From: Bacteroidales bacterium
GTDB lineage: Bacteria > Bacteroidota > Bacteroidia > Bacteroidales > Marinilabiliaceae
Reading direction: 5' to 3'
NCBI GenBank assembly: GCA_017960905.1
Contig: JAGCYH010000029.1
Span: 10,948 to 74,947 of the forward strand
Length of the DNA: 64,000 bases
The position numbers and the translations under genes were made by a program. Positions 54,480 to 64,000 of the stretch are shown here, one piece after another. Positions within the stretch are counted from its first letter, which is position 1; every line of letters starts with the position of its first letter. The notes below the pieces were generated by a model that worked only from the letters and a program-made list of their open reading frames with translations, was not told where the DNA came from and ran no database searches.

Positions 54480-56894
54480 TCAGTATTTTAAAGTAAACGT
54501 AATTGAAGGAATGATAGGCAAAACTGTCAGTTTTGTCAGTTTGGGTTTGTTGTACATGTTGCCGTTGTCGTCTTCGTGAGTAACGAAGACGAACGATGGG
54601 TTCATGGCGTTGTAGGCGTTGTAAAGCGAGAAGTTCCACGTGCGCTCGAAGCATCGCCATTTCTTAGTGTTGTTGACGCTGAGGCAGAGCAGGTGGTGCG
54701 GCGGCAGTCGGTAATTGTTGCGCATCGGAATGTAGCTGTACACACTGCGGAAATAGTCGTCGTCGGGTGCGGGCAGGTCTTCCATCGAAGTCGATATTGT
54801 AGCTCGCGCGCCCGAGGCGAACTGCCACGAGGCATCGATGGTCCATTTGTCGTTGAGGGCGTATGAGGCGACAAGGTTGATGCAGTGCCGTCGGTCGTAG
54901 GTGAAGGGGAATCGTTGGCCGTCGTTGACGCCCGACTCGCGGCTGAATTTGCGGTCCGACTTGGCAAGCGTGTACGTTATCCAACCGGTGGCGCGACCTA
55001 CGTCGCGCCGTGCCATAAACTCTATGCCTCGGTTGTAGCCACGGCCCATCGCCACCATGTTGTCCCAGCTGGCAGTGAAGCCCATATAGCTCATACCATC
55101 CTTATATTCAAGCACATTGCGTTGCTCTTTGTAATACACTTCGGCCGACAGCTCCCAGCCGCTGAACCCGGTGTAGTATCCGCCGAAGCTTATCTGGTCG
55201 GCTGTCTCGGGCTCTATGTCCTTGGTTATCGGCACCCACAAGTCGGTAGGCATGGCTATGATCGACGAGGTGAGCATGTGAACGCATTGCGTCATGCGGG
55301 TGTACGAGGCTTTAGCGGCCCAGTCGTCGCTGATGGCCAACCGTGCCGAAAGGCGCGGTTGCCAATTCTGATATGTCCGTTGTTGTACTTTGAAAAGAGT
55401 CCAAGCCACACTCGGACAGATACTTAAGCGCTCGCCAAGTTGTATGTTGTCTTCGGCGTAAACCGAAAGTTCGTGTGCGTAGATGGTGTTGGCTATGGTT
55501 GTCAGCGATGTGTCGATGCCCGCCACGTCGTTGTTGTATTTCGACTTCTCGCGTGCCGTCGATGTCTGTGGCTTGAAGTTGTGATAGATGTAGTTGGCAC
55601 CGTATTTCACAGCGTGTTGCGGCAGCGGATGAAAATCGAAGTCGGTGGCTGCGTTGTAGTCTATTATCTCGCTGCCGCATTCAGAGTTGATGTCGTTGTA
55701 GCCCATGTAACTCGACGTCTTGCTTGAGTTGTCGATGTTCATGCGGTAATGGTTGTACGACACTGTAGTGTTGGCGAACAGGTCGCCGGTGAAAATGTGG
55801 TTCCAGCGCAGCGTGCCGAGGGTGTTGCCCCACGACAGGTGCGAGCCGTATTCCTCATTGACTGTGTACATGCCGCCATTTTCGCCGTTGCCGCCCGGAA
55901 TGTAATCGCTGTATGCGGTGTAGTCGTCGGCATATTTGTCGAAATAGCGGTCGCGGCCGTTGTACAGACCGGCGTAGAGGCGGTCGTTGTCGGAGAATTT
56001 GTGGTTTATTTTTGCATTCAGGTCATAAAACCAATAAGAGAATTTCGCTTCGTCGGGTGAAAAGGCGCGGGTGAAAATGCCTATGTAAGTGGTTCTCGCT
56101 GACAGCGAGAACGATGTGCGGTCTCTTACTATCGGTCCTTCGACGTTGAAACGCGATGTTAGCAGACCGAGCGAAACGCTTGCGTGGTAATTCTGCATGT
56201 CGCCGTCTTTGGTGCGTATGTCGAGTACCGATGAGGTGCGGCCGTTGTAGCGTGCGGGAAACGACGACTTATAGAACGATACTTTTTTGACGGCTTCGGG
56301 CGTGAATACCGAGAAAAAGCCGAACAAGTGGTCGACTTTGTAAATAGGTGATCCATCGAGTAATACGAGGTTCTCGTCGTCGGTACCGCCGCGCACGAAG
56401 AACGCCGAGCCCAGCGAGCCTTGCTGTACGCCGGGCGTAAGTGCCACGGTGCGTATCACATCGGTTTCGCCAAGAAGCGCTGGCGTGTGCTCAATGAGCG
56501 TCAGCGGAACATCGAGGCTGCCCATGGCGGTACTCTGTACGCCAACGTCGGTGCGCTTTGGGCGCACCATCACTTCGTTGAGCGACGCTTCCGAGTGAAG
56601 GCGTATGTTGATTACTGTGTCCGATGTCAGGTTTATGGTCTTCTCGACGCGCCCGAAACTTACATACGAATAACTCAGCGTTACTTTGCCTTGCGGTATG
56701 GTGAGCGAATAGAAGCCGAATGAGTTCGAAACAGTGCCGGTGCTTGTGCCTGCGATGATAACCGTGGCCCCGATGATGGTTTCCGACGAACTGTCGTCGA
56801 CAATGTGGCCGCTCACGGTGTATTTGCGTTGCGCCTGTGCCGCAACTGTCTGTATTGCAAGGCAAAAGATAATCAGGTTAAGTATTAATTTCAC
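54480..56894 (-). CDS. TonB-dependent receptor with CarboxypepD_reg-like N-domain
   Basis: GTG start with no in-frame ATG nearby. Signal peptide, then YTVSGHIVDDSSSETIIGATVII (CarboxypepD_reg), a plug region, and a C-terminal beta-barrel ending ..FTLKY. Confidence 0.8.
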   Translation of the reverse strand: MKLILNLIIFCLAIQTVAAQAQRKYTVSGHIVDDSSSETIIGATVIIAGTSTGTVSNSFGFYSLTIPQGKVTLSYSYVSFGRVEKTINLTSDTVINIRLHSEASLNEVMVRPKRTDVGVQSTAMGSLDVPLTLIEHTPALLGETDVIRTVALTPGVQQGSLGSAFFVRGGTDDENLVLLDGSPIYKVDHLFGFFSVFTPEAVKKVSFYKSSFPARYNGRTSSVLDIRTKDGDMQNYHASVSLGLLTSRFNVEGPIVRDRTSFSLSARTTYIGIFTRAFSPDEAKFSYWFYDLNAKINHKFSDNDRLYAGLYNGRDRYFDKYADDYTAYSDYIPGGNGENGGMYTVNEEYGSHLSWGNTLGTLRWNHIFTGDLFANTTVSYNHYRMNIDNSSKTSSYMGYNDINSECGSEIIDYNAATDFDFHPLPQHAVKYGANYIYHNFKPQTSTAREKSKYNNDVAGIDTSLTTIANTIYAHELSVYAEDNIQLGERLSICPSVAWTLFKVQQRTYQNWQPRLSARLAISDDWAAKASYTRMTQCVHMLTSSIIAMPTDLWVPITKDIEPETADQISFGGYYTGFSGWELSAEVYYKEQRNVLEYKDGMSYMGFTASWDNMVAMGRGYNRGIEFMARRDVGRATGWITYTLAKSDRKFSRESGVNDGQRFPFTYDRRHCINLVASYALNDKWTIDASWQFASGARATISTSMEDLPAPDDDYFRSVYSYIPMRNNYRLPPHHLLCLSVNNTKKWRCFERTWNFSLYNAYNAMNPSFVFVTHEDDNGNMYNKPKLTKLTVLPIIPSITFTLKY

Positions 56895-56950
56895 GTCGAA
56901 TACGTTTATTTGGTGGTAAAATTATTGTTTTTTCAAAATTTTGAAACGTT

Positions 56951-60544
<3,594 letters not shown>

Positions 60545-60587
60545 TCGTCTCCGATGTGAATACTTTATTTCAGTGTTTTTATTGTGA

Positions 60588-61067
60588 TTAGTCTTTGATA
60601 ATCAATACAGTAGCATAAGCCGAAGCGCCTGTTCCTTCGCCTTCGAAGCCCAGATGCTCGGTTGTCGTGGCCTTTATCGAAATGCGGTCGGCGTCGGTGC
60701 CTACAACTTCGGCCAGGCGTTGCTGCATGGCCGGAATGTGGTTTTTGAGTTTCGGCTGTTGCATGGCTATCGTACTGTCGATGTTGCCTACTTTATATCC
60801 CTTAGTAGCAATGAGTTCCACGGTTTTGCGAAGCAAAACCGTACTGTCTATTCCTTTGTAGTCGTCGCTGTTGTCGGGGAAGTGATAGCCAATGTCGCGC
60901 ATATTGGCCGCACCGAGCAGCGCGTCGCATATCGCGTGTATGAGCACATCGCCGTCGGAATGCGCCACCCAGCCTTTCTCGTAGTCGATTCGTATACCGC
61001 CGATGGTCAGCGGCAGACCTTTCTCAAGTCTGTGCACATCGTAGCCGTATCCAACTCTAATGTCCAT
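60588..61067 (-). CDS. ispF: 2-C-methyl-D-erythritol 2,4-cyclodiphosphate synthase
   Basis: [11 protein letters not shown] start and [10 protein letters not shown] motif; 159 aa. Confidence 0.93.
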   Translation of the reverse strand: MDIRVGYGYDVHRLEKGLPLTIGGIRIDYEKGWVAHSDGDVLIHAICDALLGAANMRDIGYHFPDNSDDYKGIDSTVLLRKTVELIATKGYKVGNIDSTIAMQQPKLKNHIPAMQQRLAEVVGTDADRISIKATTTEHLGFEGEGTGASAYATVLIIKD

Positions 61068-61076
61068 CGTTTTGAG

Positions 61077-62237
61077 TTATTTTACGAAACGTCCGAGGTC
61101 GAAACCGAGAGTTATTCTTATGGTGTTGGCGAGCGCACTGTTACTGTTGGCTTGTCCGACAGTGAAAATGTAGCTCGCGTCGACGTTAATCATCTGATAT
61201 TTAATACCAATGCCGGCCGAAGCGTATTTCAGGTTGCCTTTGTTCTCGTGGTTGTGGTGGTAGCCGAAACGCGCCGAGAACATGTTGTTGTACGTGTACT
61301 CGATACCGCCCATGATGTCGATCTCCTCAAGCTCTTCCTTGCCGCCGCGGGGCGCGTCGCCAAAAGAGCTGAAGAGCGAGCCTACTACCGACTTGTCGTA
61401 GTAGTCGAGCTTGGCCTGATAGAGGTCGTCTTCTGATGTCTTGCTGCGGTAGTCGGGCGTGGGGACTAGCAGTTTGTTGAAATCGACCGTCGCGCCTATC
61501 TTGTTGTACGAGTCCATGTCGTACCAGAAACCGCCGCCAATCTTCAGATTGGCAGGCAGATACTCGTTTGTAACGCCATCGTCGTATGTTATTTTCGTAC
61601 CTATGTTCGAGATGTTCAAGCCCGCCATCACCTGTGCGTTGTTGCCTTGTATGTTCAGGTCTTTTTTGAAGTAAAAGGCAATGTCGGCGGCGAATGCGTT
61701 GCCTGCGGTGGCGGCATCGTCGATTTGCTGGTAGCCCATGTCGGAGTGTATGTATCGGAGCGCTATAGCGCCCGATGTTACGTCGGACATCTTCAGCGCG
61801 TAGGCTGCGTCGATGGAGAACTCGTTGGGCTTGTACGTGCCGTTCTCGTCGCCTTCGTCATTGAAGAAGATGAGGTCGCCGAGCGAAAAGTATTTTATTG
61901 AGGCACTTACGGTGTTGCGTTTGTTGATTTTGTAGTATCCGGCAGCATAAAACAGGTTGATGTCGTTGACCAGTTTGCGCAGCCACGGCGTTATCGAGAG
62001 CGAAGCGGCCGCTTTGCTCTCCATGAATGAGTATTTTGCCGGGTTCCAGTGTTGCGAGTTGACGTCGGGTGTCGATGCTACGCCCGCATCGCCCATGCCT
62101 GTGCCGCGCGCTTCGGGAGCTATGTTGAGCATTTGTACGCTCGACGGTATAGGGTTCAACTCCACCTCTTCCGCTGTCGCTTGTGTTGCTGTTATGCTGA
62201 GTGCTATTATTGTTGTCGCTAAAAATCGTATGTTCAT
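61077..62237 (-). CDS. porV: type IX secretion outer-membrane protein PorV (LptO)
   Basis: Signal peptide. APEARGTGMGDAGVASTPDVNSQHWNPAKY matches the conserved PorV N-terminal motif as I recall it. Lies directly downstream of the PorU-like gene. Confidence 0.7.
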   Translation of the reverse strand: MNIRFLATTIIALSITATQATAEEVELNPIPSSVQMLNIAPEARGTGMGDAGVASTPDVNSQHWNPAKYSFMESKAAASLSITPWLRKLVNDINLFYAAGYYKINKRNTVSASIKYFSLGDLIFFNDEGDENGTYKPNEFSIDAAYALKMSDVTSGAIALRYIHSDMGYQQIDDAATAGNAFAADIAFYFKKDLNIQGNNAQVMAGLNISNIGTKITYDDGVTNEYLPANLKIGGGFWYDMDSYNKIGATVDFNKLLVPTPDYRSKTSEDDLYQAKLDYYDKSVVGSLFSSFGDAPRGGKEELEEIDIMGGIEYTYNNMFSARFGYHHNHENKGNLKYASAGIGIKYQMINVDASYIFTVGQANSNSALANTIRITLGFDLGRFVK

Positions 62238-62286
62238 TTTTTATGTTTTATCTATACTAAATATATATAACTCTGTTGTTTCTTGT

Positions 62287-64000
62287 TTATTGTGCAGTAA
62301 CTATTAATTTTTTGGCGAATGAGCCCGAGCGCGCCTTGCTATCTACGTCAACTTTCAGCAGATAAGCGCCTTTGGGCAATGCAGCCACGACGGGCATTCC
62401 CGCGCTGAGGTTTATCTCGTCGGTCTGCGTGTTCGATGCTATTACAGTCATCTTTTTAGAGCCGAGCTGCTGCCCGCTCATCGAGTAAAGCCTTACCGTT
62501 ACATCGAGTGTCGAACCGCTGTCGTTGTGGCTGAAACGTAGTTTCAGCTCTTGGTTGTTCTGACTGTATGGCATCGGGTAAAGCTCTGTCTTACCGAACG
62601 TTATCTTGCAATTGCTCGATACCGAGAACGACAGCGTCGTGCTCGTCGAGTTGTTGGCGTTGTCCCACGCCTTGAGCGTTATGTCGTATTTGCCGTCGGG
62701 CAACGACTTCAGACGGTACGCCAGCGTACCGTCGGTGTAGCTGCCTTGTTTGTAGCCGAAGTAGCTGTTGAGGTTCAGCGCATTGTCGCGGTCGCCGTTG
62801 ATAATCAGCGTGATGTCGTGCCCTATGCCCAAGCCCGAATTGTTGATGCCCGACTCATCGCTTATGCTTGCATAAAGCGTTGGATTTGAGCCTGTTTGGT
62901 CACCGTTCCTGAATTCCGGATAATCTATCCACGCTTTTATTTCGGGCCCTATAGTGTCGGCAACCGACGAGCCGTCGATGCCGCCTATCAGAATGGCGTT
63001 CGTGGCGCCTATGGCGTCACGGTCGTCGGACGAGAAGGCGTAGTAACTTACTCTGCCACAGCCTTCTTCGATGTTTATGTCTTTCGGAAGCTGAAAATGT
63101 ATCTCAAACTGTCCGTTCTCTACATTCGTTATGCCGTTGAACAACAGGCTGTTATACTCGTCGTATTTGAATTCGGGCGTGCTGTTCACCTTCACCGTTT
63201 TGCGTTTGTCGAAGAGCGACATTTCAACCTGTCCGTTGAAGTCGCTCTGCACGTTGCCTTCGGCATCGCGCACGCTGCCTTTTACTATGCATTTCGACAA
63301 TGCCGAAATGGGCTCCGCCGTGTCGAACGGTTGGCCGTTGACATAGTCGGTCTGTACTGTAAGCTGGTTGCCGCGGTCGAGTACTATTGCCGGGTCGCCT
63401 ATCAGTAAGTATTTCAATGAATTAATCATCGAACCTGTTTCTATTTTCGCATTTTTCACTGCGTCGCCGATGGAATATCGGCGACCATTTTCGTCGGTCG
63501 AAAGCACTGTGTTGAAGAATGCTTTGTTAATGAGGTAGTTGCTGTCGCCGTAAACAAGGCGTGTGGTGGTTAGCAGACCGATGAACCCGCCATATCGGTA
63601 AGTGAACGACTCTTCGCCAGCCGAGATTTTGTCGTTGTTGTCGAAAGGTGCGAAGTCGCATGTTGCTGTGATGAAAAACGGCAACCGTTTTTCATTTGTC
63701 CAGGTGCTTATGTACGATTGTTTGAACAAATGCTCGTCGGTCAGTGCGTTATGGCCGCCGTGCCCTACGTAGTTGATTATCAGGCTGCCGTTGTTTATGG
63801 CGTCGGCAAACTTGGTTATTGCCAGCGGATATTCTATGCCGGTGCTTGTCTTCACCGATGCAAACGACTCTAAATAAATGCGTTCGACATCTATGTCGGT
63901 GTATTCTTTTTCAATGCGCGAGGCATGTTTCTCGGCAAAGTCAATGTGCTCGTTGTTGTCGCCGTCGTCGGCTACTATGGCTATGCGTTTTTTCCACGCG
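62287..64000 (-). CDS. porU: type IX secretion sortase PorU (C25 peptidase family), 5' end outside window
   Basis: I checked by hand that the frame stays open from 63855 to the window edge (..AIVADDGDNNEHIDF..). C25-type NYVGHGGHN motif. C-terminal CTD-like GAYLLKVDV....KKLIV. Confidence 0.7.
   Translation of the reverse strand, partial: AWKKRIAIVADDGDNNEHIDFAEKHASRIEKEYTDIDVERIYLESFASVKTSTGIEYPLAITKFADAINNGSLIINYVGHGGHNALTDEHLFKQSYISTWTNEKRLPFFITATCDFAPFDNNDKISAGEESFTYRYGGFIGLLTTTRLVYGDSNYLINKAFFNTVLSTDENGRRYSIGDAVKNAKIETGSMINSLKYLLIGDPAIVLDRGNQLTVQTDYVNGQPFDTAEPISALSKCIVKGSVRDAEGNVQSDFNGQVEMSLFDKRKTVKVNSTPEFKYDEYNSLLFNGITNVENGQFEIHFQLPKDINIEEGCGRVSYYAFSSDDRDAIGATNAILIGGIDGSSVADTIGPEIKAWIDYPEFRNGDQTGSNPTLYASISDESGINNSGLGIGHDITLIINGDRDNALNLNSYFGYKQGSYTDGTLAYRLKSLPDGKYDITLKAWDNANNSTSTTLSFSVSSNCKITFGKTELYPMPYSQNNQELKLRFSHNDSGSTLDVTVRLYSMSGQQLGSKKMTVIASNTQTDEINLSAGMPVVAALPKGAYLLKVDVDSKARSGSFAKKLIVTAQ

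Noticed and set aside
56895-56950. Cobalamin, SAM or TPP riboswitches near metH, the TonB receptor and dxs (43110..43194)
   Set aside because: The intergenic spacers are only 43-85 nt and show none of the conserved cores I know, such as the B12 box. They are too short for these riboswitch classes.

Overview
This 64-kb window looks like a chromosomal segment of a Bacteroidales-type genome. That placement is an inference from many TAnnTTTG -7 promoter boxes, the porU/porV type IX secretion genes, BspA-type LRR surface proteins, a CarboxypepD_reg TonB-dependent receptor paired with DUF4249, and an hpt-adk-obg block. I call about 50 CDS. I saw no rRNA, tRNA, CRISPR array, transposase or integrase.

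Housekeeping genes: pheS, rimM, prfB, lptB, parC, rsmA, dxs, leuB, obg, adk, hpt, metH, ispF.

Accessory content:
(1) A visibly AT-rich islet (19.3-25.7 kb) holds a COG1373/DUF4143-type AAA+ ATPase and a McrBC restriction pair.
(2) A second DUF4143-type ATPase (29.4-30.6 kb) sits between rsmA and an M16 peptidase.
(3) A HipBA-like toxin-antitoxin pair.
(4) Lipid-pathway genes resembling aryl-polyene cluster accessories, split into a trifunctional MMPL/acyltransferase/methyltransferase gene and a distant LolA-like/hotdog/GT2-DUF2062 trio.
(5) A membrane LytTR protein heading a tightly coupled znuABC-like operon.
(6) A CD225 + DUF2752 gene pair.

The most unusual signal is non-coding. Both DUF4143 ATPase genes are preceded by exactly phased tandem repeats: 6 x 23 bp for one and 7 x 22 bp for the other. 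The second gene is also followed by a further 7 x 22-bp array of the same word in the same orientation, and it carries a perfect 26-bp palindrome ending 1 nt before its ATG. I propose these are iteron-like loading or operator arrays cognate to each ATPase. This is a hypothesis, not a demonstrated system.

Several other intergenic regions are built from short reused hairpins and microsatellite-like words. All family names come from motif recognition by eye; no database search was run.
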